A model generated the notes under the pieces. The model made no database searches. It had not been told where the DNA came from and saw nothing but the letters and a program-made list of their open reading frames with translations. Source: Dehalococcoidia bacterium (lineage in GTDB: Bacteria > Chloroflexota > Dehalococcoidia > Bin125). Taken from it: 64,000 nucleotides of DNA. The position numbers and the translations under genes were made by a program. The DNA is taken from positions 273,119 to 337,118 of the forward strand of contig OZ251457.1 of assembly GCA_965242565.1 (NCBI GenBank), given 5' to 3'. Shown piece by piece: positions 28,714-38,940 of this stretch; position 1 is the stretch's first letter; every line of letters starts with the position of its first letter.

Positions 28714-29868
28714 ATGTGTACGGACCCCGCCGAACACGATCTGGTGCAGCGTGCGCGCGCATTGGCTCCACGGATCGCCGCCTGCGCCGCCGAGATCGAG
28801 ACATCCGGCTCGATCCCTTCGGAGTTGATTGAAGCGCTCACCGACGACCGCCTCTTCCGGCTCAACATCCCCTCCGAGGCCAACGGCGAGGAGGCGGATC
28901 CGCTGGTCGTCTTCCATGTGATCGAGGCGCTGGCGGCGGCCGACGCCTCGACCGCCTGGGTGGTGATGATCGCGACCGAGGTCTCGCTGCTGACGGGCTG
29001 GCTGCCGGGCGCGGTGCTGAGCCAGATGATCGGCGGCGACGAACCCGGCGGGCCGCGCTGCCGGATCGTTGGCTCCAGCCGCGTGCTGGCGAGCGGCTAC
29101 CGCGCGGAGTCCGGCTGGCGGCTCTCGGGGCGGCTGAACTTTGTGAGCGGCATCGAGCACGCCAAATTCGTCGTGGCGACCTTCCGCGACGAACAGGACG
29201 ACGAGGTGCGGATGGCGCTGCTGCCGCAGCGCGCCGGCGTCGTTGAGCGCACCTGGGACACGATGGGGCTGCGCGGCACGGGCAGCCACGACTGGCTGCT
29301 CGACGACGCCTACGTGCAGGCCGCGCACACCTGGCGTCCGTCCGATCAGCCCTGCGCGGCCGGCCCGGCCTGGCGCGCGCCGGAGCGTTCGGTCGTGGCT
29401 TGGATCGGCAACGCAGGGCACGCGCTGGGCGCGGCGCAGGGAGCGATTGACGAGGTTGCGGCGGCGAGCGTCGAGGTTGCCAGCACGCTGGATGAGCGTC
29501 CGCTGGCGGAACGCGAGGCGTTCCGGCTCGCGTTGGCGCGGGCGCAGGCGTGCGTCTGGGCGGCGCGCGATTTCGTCCGCGCGGCCGCCGCGGATGCCTG
29601 GGAGACGCTCATCGCCGGCTCGCCGGACCGAGCCAAACTGGGCCGCTGGCGGCTGGCCAATGTGCATGCGGTGCATGAGGCCGCCGATGCGGTGGAGCAG
29701 CTCTTCCGCGCCGTGGGAACCAACGCGATTCATCGCCGCTGGACGCTGGAGCGGCGCTTCCGCGACTTGCAGGTGGCGCGTCAGCACGGAGCGGCGCTGG
29801 ATCCGAATTTCGACGGCGCGGCGCGGGCGATGCTCGGCCTGCCGCCGCCCGGACCGCCGTACCGCTGA
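28714..29868 (+). CDS. Acyl-CoA dehydrogenase-like flavin-dependent monooxygenase (HsaA/IacA type)
   Basis: ADASTAWV, FVSGIEHA, WDTMGLRGTGSHD, LERRFRD. Confidence 0.88.
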   Translation: MCTDPAEHDLVQRARALAPRIAACAAEIETSGSIPSELIEALTDDRLFRLNIPSEANGEEADPLVVFHVIEALAAADASTAWVVMIATEVSLLTGWLPGAVLSQMIGGDEPGGPRCRIVGSSRVLASGYRAESGWRLSGRLNFVSGIEHAKFVVATFRDEQDDEVRMALLPQRAGVVERTWDTMGLRGTGSHDWLLDDAYVQAAHTWRPSDQPCAAGPAWRAPERSVVAWIGNAGHALGAAQGAIDEVAAASVEVASTLDERPLAEREAFRLALARAQACVWAARDFVRAAAADAWETLIAGSPDRAKLGRWRLANVHAVHEAADAVEQLFRAVGTNAIHRRWTLERRFRDLQVARQHGAALDPNFDGAARAMLGLPPPGPPYR

Positions 29869-29887
29869 GGTAGTGGAGGGCCGCCCG

Positions 29888-31015
29888 CTACAGCTCGAAG
29901 GGCAGGGCGGAGCCGATGCCGAAGGTGATGGCGGCGAAGCCGAGGCCCACGGCGACGAAGCGCGCGGAGGCGTAGAGCGGGTTGCGGCTGGTGATCACCG
30001 AGGTCAGCAGGCCGGCAATCGCCAGCGCCGCAGTCGAACCCAACGTCGCCGCCAGCAGCGCCCACCAGCCGTGCGTCCAATCGGCCCACCAGGCGATCAG
30101 AAAGGGCAGCAGCGGAATGAGCGCGCCCAGCGAAAAGGCGGCGAACGAGCCGAGCGCGGCGCGCACCGGCGAGCCCAGCTCGCCCGGATCCAGGCCCAGC
30201 TCCTCACGCGCAAGCGTGTCGAGCGCCGTCTGCGGATTGGCCATCAACTCGCTCGCCACTTCCGCCGCCAGCGCCGGCGACAGCCCCTTGCGGCGGTAGA
30301 TGCGCTCCAGCTCGCGCCGCTCTTCGGTGGGATCGAGCAGCAACTCCTCGAGTTCGAGGCCGATCTGATGCTGGTGCAGCTCTTTCTGGCTGCGTACCGA
30401 GATGTATTCGCCGGCCGCCATCGAGAACGCGCCGGCCAGCCAGCCGCCGATGCCGGCCACGATCACCGCGTCGGAGCCGACCGCCACGCCGGCCACGCCG
30501 GCCACCAGCGCGAGATTGGAGACGATGCCGTCGTTGAAGCCGAACAACGAGGCGCGAAAGGTGCCGGCGGCGCTCGAGCTCGCGCCGTGCCCCACGAGCA
30601 GCTCGTCGTGCCCCTCAAGCTCGGCCAGCGCTGCGCGGTGCTCGCGCTCTTCTTCCGCCAGATTGCCCGAGTCGGGATCAGATTCGTAGAGGTAGATGTC
30701 GGTCAGCTCTTCGCGGCGCAGCTGCGAGACGACCAGGCCGAGCCCGCCCAGGCGCGCCTGCCAGGCCAGCAGGCGGCGGCGCAGCGAGGGCGAAACCGAC
30801 TCTTCCAGCAGCGAGTCGTCGCCCAGGATGCCGCACCAGTGGGCGGCGTGCTCGCGCTCGGTCGCGGCCATGCCGCGCAGTGAGTCCGCCAGCCGCTCCT
30901 CGCTGTGCTCGGCCAGCGCGTCGTAGAGCCAGGCGGTCTCCAGCTCGTCGCGGATCATCTCGCGCACGCGCACGCGCCGCGCTTCGGTCAGCGGAACCTG
31001 CGGAGCAGCAGCCAT
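29888..31015 (-). CDS. VIT1/CCC1 transporter with an N-terminal rubrerythrin/ferritin-like domain
   Basis: DE..E.EH di-iron motifs; FGFNDGIVS, AGAFSMAAGEYISV. Confidence 0.92.
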   Translation of the reverse strand: MAAAPQVPLTEARRVRVREMIRDELETAWLYDALAEHSEERLADSLRGMAATEREHAAHWCGILGDDSLLEESVSPSLRRRLLAWQARLGGLGLVVSQLRREELTDIYLYESDPDSGNLAEEEREHRAALAELEGHDELLVGHGASSSAAGTFRASLFGFNDGIVSNLALVAGVAGVAVGSDAVIVAGIGGWLAGAFSMAAGEYISVRSQKELHQHQIGLELEELLLDPTEERRELERIYRRKGLSPALAAEVASELMANPQTALDTLAREELGLDPGELGSPVRAALGSFAAFSLGALIPLLPFLIAWWADWTHGWWALLAATLGSTAALAIAGLLTSVITSRNPLYASARFVAVGLGFAAITFGIGSALPFEL

Positions 31016-31019
31016 ACCC

Positions 31020-31460
31020 CCAGTCTATCCCTGCATCCCGTCCCACCCGTCGCCTCCTTCTCCATCCTACCCGCGCTTGCCGCGGGTATCTCGACGCGAC
31101 CAGCACCCACCCCGCTCTCCGCTCCCCCGCCCCCTCCCCCTCGTCATTCCCGCCCCCGAGCGGGAATCGGCCCCATCGCACCTCCAACACCCGTCACTCA
31201 CCCCTCCGTCGCCCCAGACTTGATCTGGGGCCCAAACCCAACCCCCTCGCACCGCCGGCGCCCCAAACCATCCTCCAACCCCCACACGCAGGACATCCCG
31301 CCCCCTACACCGTCATTCCCGCCCCCTTTTTCCGTCATACCCGCGCTTGCCGCGGGTATCTCGACGTGAACAGCACCCAACCCGTGCGCGGGAGGCAGCG
31401 CGAGGCCGCTTCCCCCGTTCGAGCCGGGGGCAGGCTCCGCTCAGGGGCGGGAATGATGGC
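31020..31460. repeat. Palindromic repeat cluster (A, C, B, A, and reverse C carrying the 24-bp insert)
   Basis: A at about 31066 and 31333, C at about 31142, B at about 31206, reverse C with insert at about 31408-31458. Confidence 0.9.
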
Positions 31461-31468
31461 GGGCGGGG

Positions 31469-32224
31469 TTAGACGGCCTGGCGTTGTTTGCGGGCCTGTC
31501 GCTGGGTTTGGCGTTGGGCCTGTCGCTGGGCGCGGCGGCGTTGGGCGCGGTTTTGAGGGGCGGCGGGTTGGCGGGCGGGAGCGGTTTCCGGGATCGGGGC
31601 TGCGGCGGGGTTCGGCTGGGGGTTTGTATCTGGTCGAGGCGGTTGGGGGTGTTCGGAATTGGTCGGTTCTGTCCGGTTCTGTTCGGTCTGGTCGGGCGTC
31701 TGGAGGCCGCCGGCGAGGTTGAGGAGCTGTTGCGGGGAGAGCCGGGGGAGCTGCGGCGGGGCGGTGGCGGGGAGCGCTTCGGGGGCGGTGAGGGGGAGCA
31801 GGTCGAGGTTGAGGGGGGGCATGGGCGGACGGGCGCTCTGGCGGAGTTCGCGGAGGGCGAGGCGCTGTTCGCGGAAGAGGGCGACGACGGTGGAGCGGTA
31901 CTGCCGGTGGATGTCCTGGAGGCGGTCGGGGGGGATGGGCGGCGCGTCGTCGGTCTGGTCGCCGAGGTCGTTGGCGGGGCCGAGCGGGCCGTGGGCGAGG
32001 AGTTGTTCGAGGAAGGCGTTGAGGGAGAGGGCGTGGTTGACGGCGAGGGTTTGGGCAAGGGAGCGGGCGAGGTCGGGGTAGTGGTCGTCGAAGTGTTGGA
32101 GGTCGTCGTGGACGGTGGAATGGGAGACGTTGAGTTGTTCGGCGATTTGGCGGAGGGAGTTGCCCTGGTGGTGGAGCAGTTGGGCGTGGATGATGCGCGC
32201 GCGGCGCTGCGCGGAGAGTTGCAT
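31469..32224 (-). CDS. HTH-domain hypothetical protein with a low-complexity C-terminus
   Basis: GNSLRQIAEQLNVSHSTVHDDL HTH motif; basic C-terminus NRAQRRRAQRQ. Confidence 0.7.
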   Translation of the reverse strand: MQLSAQRRARIIHAQLLHHQGNSLRQIAEQLNVSHSTVHDDLQHFDDHYPDLARSLAQTLAVNHALSLNAFLEQLLAHGPLGPANDLGDQTDDAPPIPPDRLQDIHRQYRSTVVALFREQRLALRELRQSARPPMPPLNLDLLPLTAPEALPATAPPQLPRLSPQQLLNLAGGLQTPDQTEQNRTEPTNSEHPQPPRPDTNPQPNPAAAPIPETAPARQPAAPQNRAQRRRAQRQAQRQTQRQARKQRQAV

Positions 32225-32530
32225 GGGGGCGCTCCTGTTGTTTGATGTGTACAGGTGTTCTATTGAGGGTAGCACGGGTGGGCGGGCGTTGCGAACGGCG
32301 TTGGGTTTGGGCCCCCTGTTCAGGCCAGGGGCAGGCCCAGATCAAGTCTGGGGCGACGGATCCTGGGAATGGCGGGAAGAGGGAGAGCTGGAGCGGCGGA
32401 AGCGTGAATGCGCCATCAGTTCCCCAGCCGCGCCCCTTCCGGGGCGATGACACGTAGGGAACACGATCCAAAGCGCCGTAGGCGCGATGATCACCCCAAC
32501 CGCAGCGCAGACGGGAGAGGACGCCGCGCC

Positions 32531-33400
32531 ATGCTCAAACTCGGCTTGCCCAAAGGCTCGCTCGAAACCCCCACGCTCGAACTCTTCCGCCGCGCCGGCT
32601 TCCAGATTTCGACCAACAGCCGCTCCTACTTTCCGGAGATCGACGACGACGAAATCAACTGCACGATGTTCCGCGCGCAGGAAATGGCGCGCTACGTGGA
32701 AGACGGCGTGGTCGACTGCGGCATCACCGGCCACGATTGGGTGCGCGAGACCGGCGCCGATGTGGTGGAGATCGCCGAGCTGCGCTACAGCCGTGCGACC
32801 AGCCGCCCCGCCCGCTGGGTGCTGGCCGTGCCGGCTGAGAGCGGCGTGACCGAAATCGAGCAGCTGGCCGGCGGCGTGGTGGCGACCGAGCTGGTGCGCA
32901 CCACCCGCGAGTTCTTCGCCGCCCGCGGCGTCGATGTGCGCGTCGAATTCTCCTGGGGCGCGACCGAGGTCAAGGCGCGGATCATCGACGCCATCGTGGA
33001 TATCACGGAGACCGGCTCGAGCCTGCGGGCGAACAACCTGCGGGTGATCGCCGAGGTGCTCTCCAGCACGACGCGCTTCATCGCCAACCGTGAGGCCTGG
33101 GCGGACGCGGCGCGGCGGGAGAAGATCGAGGCGGTCAACACCTTGCTGCAGGGCGCGATCGCGGCGACGACGAAAGTCGGGCTCAAGCTGAACACGCCGC
33201 GCGAGCGGCTGGATGATGTGCTGGCGGTGATCGGCCGCTTCGGCGAGCACGCGCCGACGGTCAGCCCCCTGATCGACGACGGCTGGGTGGCGCTCGAGAT
33301 CATCCTCGACGAGCGCCAGGAGCGCGAGATCATCCCGCAACTGCGCCGCGCCGGCGCCAGCGGGCTGGTCTCCTATCCGCTCAACAAGGTGATCTCCTGA
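32531..33400 (+). CDS. hisG: ATP phosphoribosyltransferase (long form)
   Basis: LPKGSL, RAQEM, DCGITGHDW, SWGATEVK, DITETGSSLRANNL, C-terminal regulatory domain. Confidence 0.95.
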   Translation: MLKLGLPKGSLETPTLELFRRAGFQISTNSRSYFPEIDDDEINCTMFRAQEMARYVEDGVVDCGITGHDWVRETGADVVEIAELRYSRATSRPARWVLAVPAESGVTEIEQLAGGVVATELVRTTREFFAARGVDVRVEFSWGATEVKARIIDAIVDITETGSSLRANNLRVIAEVLSSTTRFIANREAWADAARREKIEAVNTLLQGAIAATTKVGLKLNTPRERLDDVLAVIGRFGEHAPTVSPLIDDGWVALEIILDERQEREIIPQLRRAGASGLVSYPLNKVIS

Positions 33401-33466
33401 GCGATCCCCGGACGCCCGCCCGCGCTGGAGTACCATCGTGCCAGACGACCGCGATTGGAGGACGCC

Positions 33467-34909
33467 GTGGGGCTGCGAACGCCGGCTGAATACATCGAGT
33501 CGCTGCGCGACGACCGCGAGGTCTGGTACCGGGGCGAGCGCGTCGACGACGTGACCACCCACCCGACGATCGGCAAGGCGGTGCACCACGCCGCGATCGA
33601 CTATGAGATGGCCGAGTCGGAGCAATACCGCGAGCTGGCGACCTATGAGGAAGACGGCCAGCTGCACAGCCGCTACTACAAGCTGCCGCGCAGCCGCGAC
33701 GACCTGCTCAAGCGCTCGCAACTGATCGAGGCCGCCACCGCCGAGGGCGACACGCTGGTGGTGCTGATCAAGGAGATCGGGACGGACGCGCTCTTCGCGC
33801 TGCTCGCGGTGACCGCGGAGTTCGACGATCCGGTCTACCACCGGCGCGTCCGCGACTACTACGAATTCTGCCGCGACAACGACCTGGCGCTGGCCGTGGC
33901 GCAGACCGACGTCAAGGGCGATCGGGTGAAGCGTCCGAGTCAGCAGGCGGATCCGGACATGTATCTGCGGGTGGTCGAGCGCCGCCCGGACGGCGTGGTG
34001 GTGCGCGGAGCGAAGGCGCACACCTCGGTCGTGACCAACACCAACGAGGTGATCGTGCTGCCGACGCGGGCGATGGGGCCGGAGGAGCAGGACTGGAGCA
34101 TCGCCTTCGCGCTGCCCGTCGACACCGACGGCCTGCGCCTGATCGCCAGCCCCTTCGGCGACGGCGCGAACCACCCCGGCGAACGACCGATCTCGGCCGT
34201 CCGCAAGATGATGGAAACCGTCACGATCTTCGATGATGTCTTCGTCCCCAACGAGCGCATCTTCCTCGACGGCGATGTCGAAGCGGCCGGGCAGCTCGCT
34301 CTCACGTTCGTCGAGTACCACCGCTTCACCGCCGTCTCCTACAAGCTGCCGCTGGTCGACGCGCTGGGCGGCGCGGCGGCGCTCGCCGCCGACTACAACG
34401 GCATCATCGGCGCCGGCCATGTCCGCGAGAAATTCGTCGACCTGATCGCCTACGCCGAGACCACCCGCGCGTTGCTCGAAAAGTCCGCCGAGCGCTGCAT
34501 TCCAAAGCCCAACGAGCAGGTCGCGCCCGACCCGATGACCGTCAACCTCGCCAAAAGCCACTTCGCCCACGGCTACCACGAGGCCGTCCAGCACGTGCAG
34601 GAAATCGCCGGCGGCATTCTCGTGACCGGCCCCGGCGACGAGGACTGGGAGCAGGAGGAGCTGCGCCCGTTGCTGCAGAAATATCTGGCCGGGCGCGAGG
34701 GTGTCGGCGGCGAGCAGCGGATGAAGCTGCTCAACTTCGTGCGCGATCTGACCTCCTCGGACTACGGCGCGTATCAGGAGGTGCTGGCGATCCACGCCGA
34801 AGGCTCGCTCCAGGCCGAGCGGCTCCAGGTCTTCCGCGCCTTCAATGAGAACGGCGGCGCGCGCCGCGTTACCGGCCTGGTCGGCCGGATGGCCGGCCTG
34901 CGCGGCTAG
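33467..34909 (+). CDS. 4-hydroxyphenylacetate 3-hydroxylase / 4-hydroxybutyryl-CoA dehydratase family protein
   Basis: EYIESLRD, AQTDVKGDR..RP..Q, VVRGAKAH, FDDVFVPNERIF, HAEGS. Confidence 0.88.
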   Translation: MGLRTPAEYIESLRDDREVWYRGERVDDVTTHPTIGKAVHHAAIDYEMAESEQYRELATYEEDGQLHSRYYKLPRSRDDLLKRSQLIEAATAEGDTLVVLIKEIGTDALFALLAVTAEFDDPVYHRRVRDYYEFCRDNDLALAVAQTDVKGDRVKRPSQQADPDMYLRVVERRPDGVVVRGAKAHTSVVTNTNEVIVLPTRAMGPEEQDWSIAFALPVDTDGLRLIASPFGDGANHPGERPISAVRKMMETVTIFDDVFVPNERIFLDGDVEAAGQLALTFVEYHRFTAVSYKLPLVDALGGAAALAADYNGIIGAGHVREKFVDLIAYAETTRALLEKSAERCIPKPNEQVAPDPMTVNLAKSHFAHGYHEAVQHVQEIAGGILVTGPGDEDWEQEELRPLLQKYLAGREGVGGEQRMKLLNFVRDLTSSDYGAYQEVLAIHAEGSLQAERLQVFRAFNENGGARRVTGLVGRMAGLRG

Positions 34910-34926
34910 GGATCGGACGGGCGCGA

Positions 34927-35574
34927 ATGGTTCGGCTGCCGCTGTTTCCGCTGCAAATCGTGGTGTTCCCCGACGAGGAAGTGCCGCTGCACATCTTCGA
35001 GCCGCGCTACCGCCAGCTGGTGCGCGACATGACCGACGTGGGCGAGGCGTTCGGCATTGCGTTGCTGCGGCGCGGCGGGCGGGCGGAGGAGACCCACGAG
35101 ATCGGCTGCACAGTGCGGATTGAGCAGACCGAACAGTTTCCCGACGGGCGCTACAACATCATCTGCCGCGGCGAGCAGCGTTTCCGGATCATCGAGCGGC
35201 TGGACGCCGCGCCCTACTGGATTGCAGAGGTGGAGCTGCTCGAGGATCCGGCCGACGCGGAGAGCGGCGACGCCTACGCGGCGTGTGAAGAGACGAGCGC
35301 GCTCTACCGCCAGCATCTGGGGATGACGCTGGCGCTGCAAAACTCATGGCAGCGGCGCTTCCGACTGCCGAGCAGCCCGATGTCGCTGGTGCATCACATC
35401 GGCGCGCAGGTGGAAGCCCCGCCTTCGGTGAAGCAGGAAGTGCTGAAGGCGGAGACGGCGGTGGAGCAGCTGCGGCTGCTGGCGCGGCTGCTGCGGGCGA
35501 CGAACCGGCAGCTGGCGGACCGCGTCGGCCTGCATCAACGCCAGCGTTGGTCGGGGCTGGGGGTCGCCAACTGA
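34927..35574 (+). CDS. Lon protease substrate-binding (LON N) domain protein
   Basis: LPLFPL..VVFP..PLHIFEPRY; DGRYNI..G..RFRI. Confidence 0.92.
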   Translation: MVRLPLFPLQIVVFPDEEVPLHIFEPRYRQLVRDMTDVGEAFGIALLRRGGRAEETHEIGCTVRIEQTEQFPDGRYNIICRGEQRFRIIERLDAAPYWIAEVELLEDPADAESGDAYAACEETSALYRQHLGMTLALQNSWQRRFRLPSSPMSLVHHIGAQVEAPPSVKQEVLKAETAVEQLRLLARLLRATNRQLADRVGLHQRQRWSGLGVAN

Positions 35575-35577
35575 GGG

Positions 35578-36642
35578 TCAGAGCAGCGGCACGGTGACGG
35601 GCCGCGTCATGCCGCCGAATGTCGGCATCCAGCAGGAGTGCTTGCCGGGGCCGCCGGCGACGATGAGGTGGATTTCCTCGGGGCGATCGGTGATCGGCAG
35701 CAGGTCGTCCGCGCCGTGCCTGGGCAGCGAGCCGCCCGCCATCCGGTCGTTGACCGCGCTGAGGAACTCCGGCGAGAGCCGCGACGCCGGGAAGCGCGCG
35801 TTCTCCCAGAGATACTCCTGCATGCCGGCGCGCGACCAGCCGCCCTCGGCGACGGTCGCCGCGTGCTCGGGGCCGAACGCCAGCACCGGCTCGCCCTTGC
35901 CCAGAATGTTGTTACTGCCGGCCTGCCCCATCGCGCCCGCGACGGTCTGCAAAATGCCTTCGGCGGTGTTACTGCCGTGATCCTGGATGTTATGCGGTCC
36001 CTCGCAGGCCCAGACGGTAACGGCGCTCTGCTCCGGCTCAAGGCCGCGCGTAGTCTGGAAGGGCGGCCAGGGTGAGGCGTCCTCGCGCTCGGCGGCGCAG
36101 AAGGCGAACTTGGCCGGCGTGCCCTGCGTCGCGCGGTCGCCGCGCCCGGGCGTCGCGCCGGCGACATTCAGCTGCACCAGCCGCACCGCGCGGCCGATCG
36201 CCGCGTTGGCCGGAAAGGTGGGCCCAAAGCAGCCCGCGCCGCCATGCACGCCCGCCGCCCGCGCAGCCGGCCCGCTGACCAGCACAAACACCGCGCAGGG
36301 ATGCGTAGTGGCGTTGATCCCGTCGAGGTTGAACGGCGGCTGGGCGATCGCCTCAACCGCTGCGAGCACGACAGGGAACTGCTGAGGGCGACAGCCCGCC
36401 ATCACCGCGTTGACCGCGACGACCTGCACGGTCGCCTCACCCTGGCGCGGCGAGAGGACGCCGAGAATCTCGAGCGGATCGCGCTCAACGGCGTCAAGCA
36501 TCTCCGCCACGCGGTCGGGCGTCGGCGGAATCAGCGGCAGCCCATCGGACCACCCGCGCCGGATGCACTCCTGCGAAAACGCCGCCGCTTCCGCCGGCAG
36601 CGTGAACGCTTCGGCCGCGCGGCCGGCCTGTGATGTGGTCAT
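35578..36642 (-). CDS. Conserved protein of the type found beside UGSC (seleno)proteins
   Basis: GWSDGLPLIPPT, VAVNAVMAGC.P, ANAAIGRAVRL, IVAGGPG motifs; family recalled, not searched. Confidence 0.75.
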   Translation of the reverse strand: MTTSQAGRAAEAFTLPAEAAAFSQECIRRGWSDGLPLIPPTPDRVAEMLDAVERDPLEILGVLSPRQGEATVQVVAVNAVMAGCRPQQFPVVLAAVEAIAQPPFNLDGINATTHPCAVFVLVSGPAARAAGVHGGAGCFGPTFPANAAIGRAVRLVQLNVAGATPGRGDRATQGTPAKFAFCAAEREDASPWPPFQTTRGLEPEQSAVTVWACEGPHNIQDHGSNTAEGILQTVAGAMGQAGSNNILGKGEPVLAFGPEHAATVAEGGWSRAGMQEYLWENARFPASRLSPEFLSAVNDRMAGGSLPRHGADDLLPITDRPEEIHLIVAGGPGKHSCWMPTFGGMTRPVTVPLL

Positions 36643-36713
36643 CGGAGCGTCCCTTCCGCAAAAGTGTTGCCGGCTCGAATGGTTACTCTGACCTCAGGCA
36701 CGGGAGGTTCCCA

Positions 36714-36995
36714 ATGGACCGCAACGCAGAGCTGCGACGCGAATTCGAGCGCATGCTGGCGGCCTGCGCCGACGGACAGGCGACCAGCCGCGACTTTCTC
36801 GCCTTCGCCGTCCCTTACGCGCTCGAGGACTGGGTTGAACCGACGCTGCGCAGCGAGCTCGATCGGCTCTCGCTGGCCGCCGACGAGGTCGGGCTGGGCG
36901 ACGTCGGCGAAGAGGCGTTTCTCGAAGCAGCCCGCGCCGCCATGCGCAGCCGATCGCCCGCCCGTCGCCCGGCGTTGCAGGATGTCGCCGACTGA
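36714..36995 (+). CDS. Small hypothetical protein
   Basis: Strong RBS gggagg before ATG 36714; 93 aa; fills the gap between two minus-strand genes. Confidence 0.65.
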   Translation: MDRNAELRREFERMLAACADGQATSRDFLAFAVPYALEDWVEPTLRSELDRLSLAADEVGLGDVGEEAFLEAARAAMRSRSPARRPALQDVAD

Positions 36996-37010
36996 GCGCC
37001 CCCGCCAGCA

Positions 37011-37541
37011 TCACGCCGTCAGCGCCGCCACAAGCTGATCGACCACCGCGTCATCCACCTTGCGCTGCACGGCCTCCGGCTTGAGGCCGCCGATTGGGTG
37101 CGGCACGATCACGCGGTCCAGATCCGCCAAGCCGCGCTGCTCAGCCTCCAGTTGGAGCAGATCGGTGAACGCCGTCGTACCGACGGTCACCGTGGGGATG
37201 CCGAGTTCTTCAAAGAGGACGGCGGCGTGGACACTCCACGTCGTGCAGGAGCCTCAATCACAGGAGCCGATCAGCAGAAAGTCGGCCCTGTTGCGCAGCG
37301 CGTCGATGGTCGAGTCGGAGGGCGGTCCGGCGACGGGCTTGCTGCCGACGGTCAGTTCGCCGAGCTCGACGCGCCCGCGCAGACCGTCGACCATCGCCTC
37401 CATCAGCGTCCGCGCGTTGGCCTTGCGGTTCTCGAGGATGCCGGGTCGCAGCCCGGCGAGCGATGCAGGGCGCACGGCCGCCGACGCTTCGCGTACGGCC
37501 ACATGCGCCACCGGGCTCAGCACTTGCACGGTCTCGGTCAT
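37011..37541 (-). CDS. UGSC family selenoprotein (in-frame UGA at 37254-37256 read as Sec)
   Basis: RBS aaggagg plus ATG 37541; ...LIGSCD-UGA-GSCTTWSVHAAVLFEELGIPTV..VPHPIGG..ALTA-stop at 37011; hairpin after UGA. Confidence 0.88.
37226..37240 (-). promoter_or_regulatory. Candidate bacterial SECIS apical hairpin
   Basis: mRNA cgugga-gug-uccacg starts 13 nt after the UGA, with G in the loop. Confidence 0.6.
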
Positions 37542-37584
37542 GATCTTCCTCCTTGCCCGCGTTTCTGCTGGCGGCACGACCGCC

Positions 37585-37836
37585 TCAGTCGAGGTAGGCG
37601 TAGATGGTTTCCTTGAGCTCGTCGAGATCGGGGAAGCGGCCCATGGCGGCCTTGCTGAAGACGAGTTGGCCGTTGACGCTCCACTCGAAGACGCCGCGCG
37701 TGCCGGGCACCAGCTTGACATCGCTGACGAGGTGCTGGATATCGGCCATGATTTCGCCGAGCATCCAGCTGGTGCGCGGCCAGTAGCCGCAGTCGGCGCA
37801 GTATTCGACTTCCAGTTGCAGTTGCGCGTCGGCCAT
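37585..37836 (-). CDS. Rdx / SelW-SelT-SelH family protein (CxxC form)
   Basis: VEYCADCGY, GVFEWSVNGQLVFSK..GRFP. Confidence 0.9.
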   Translation of the reverse strand: MADAQLQLEVEYCADCGYWPRTSWMLGEIMADIQHLVSDVKLVPGTRGVFEWSVNGQLVFSKAAMGRFPDLDELKETIYAYLD

Positions 37837-37850
37837 CGGACCGCTCCCGC

Positions 37851-38843
37851 TCAGCCCAGGTATTGTGCGAGTCGCGCGCCGACCTCGGCGGCGCTGCCTT
37901 CGGGCATCGGCACCATCTGCACCTCTGCGCCGAGCTCGGAGCGCTCTTTGAGCTGCTCCTGCACCGACCCGATCGGGCCGATCACCTGGATGTCGCGCAC
38001 CATCTGTTCGGAGATCGCCATCAGCGCGCCCTCGGCGTCGCGTTCGGCCCAAGCCGCGCGGGAGGCCGTCACTTCCGACTCGAAGCCCGAGCGGGAGAGC
38101 ATCTGGTAGTAGAAGACGCCCATCCGGTTGGTGTAGTGGAAGAGCGGCTGGCGGGCGCGCCGCCAGGTCTCCTCGTCGTCGCCTTCGCCCAGCACGTAGA
38201 CGTTGGTGAACGGCGCGATGGTCACCGAGTCTTCGGGCCGGCCGGCGTCGCGCGACGCGCCGGAGAGCTGCGCGCGCAGCCCCTGGAAGGCCCGCTTCGG
38301 CCAGTGAATCGGGTAGATGCCGTCGGCCACCTCACCCGTCTGCTGGATCGAGCGCGGCGTGATCGCGGCGATGTAGACGGGCACATCCTCGCGCTGCGCG
38401 TCGTAGTCGATCCGGAAGCCGCGCTGGAGCGTGTAAATCTCGCCCTCGTAGCTGAGCCGCTGCCCGGAGAGCAGCATCTTGATGATCTCGGTGTACTCGC
38501 GCAGCCGCCGCAGCGGGCGGTCGAACTGCACGCCGTGGAAGCCCTCGATCACCAGCTGCCCCGACGAACCGAGCCCGCAGACCATCCGCCCGCCGGAGAT
38601 CATCTCCAGCGTGGCGAACTCCTGCGCGATCACGGCGGGTGAGCGCGAGTAGCAGTTGAGGATGCCGGTGCCGATCTGGATCTTCTCGGTCTGGGCTGCG
38701 ATCACGGTCAGCCAGGGCAGCACCGAGGGGCCCCAGGCCTCGCCGGTCGAGACCAGCTCGTAGCCCAGGTCCTCCGCGATTTTGACCTTCTCCAGAGTGT
38801 CCCGCCAATCGCCGGAAAATCCGGCCAACACGCCAAGCCGCAT
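37851..38843 (-). CDS. LLM-class (probably F420-dependent) oxidoreductase
   Basis: GEAWG, IGTGILNCYSRSP, GLGSSG..IEGFHG. Confidence 0.9.
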   Translation of the reverse strand: MRLGVLAGFSGDWRDTLEKVKIAEDLGYELVSTGEAWGPSVLPWLTVIAAQTEKIQIGTGILNCYSRSPAVIAQEFATLEMISGGRMVCGLGSSGQLVIEGFHGVQFDRPLRRLREYTEIIKMLLSGQRLSYEGEIYTLQRGFRIDYDAQREDVPVYIAAITPRSIQQTGEVADGIYPIHWPKRAFQGLRAQLSGASRDAGRPEDSVTIAPFTNVYVLGEGDDEETWRRARQPLFHYTNRMGVFYYQMLSRSGFESEVTASRAAWAERDAEGALMAISEQMVRDIQVIGPIGSVQEQLKERSELGAEVQMVPMPEGSAAEVGARLAQYLG

Positions 38844-38940
38844 GCGCTTGCTCCTCCGCTAGCTGCTCGTTCCAGGCGCAGTCTACGCCCGCCGGCGCCA
38901 AGCCGCCGAGGTACCGTTGAGGGTGAGGGGAGGCAACGTC

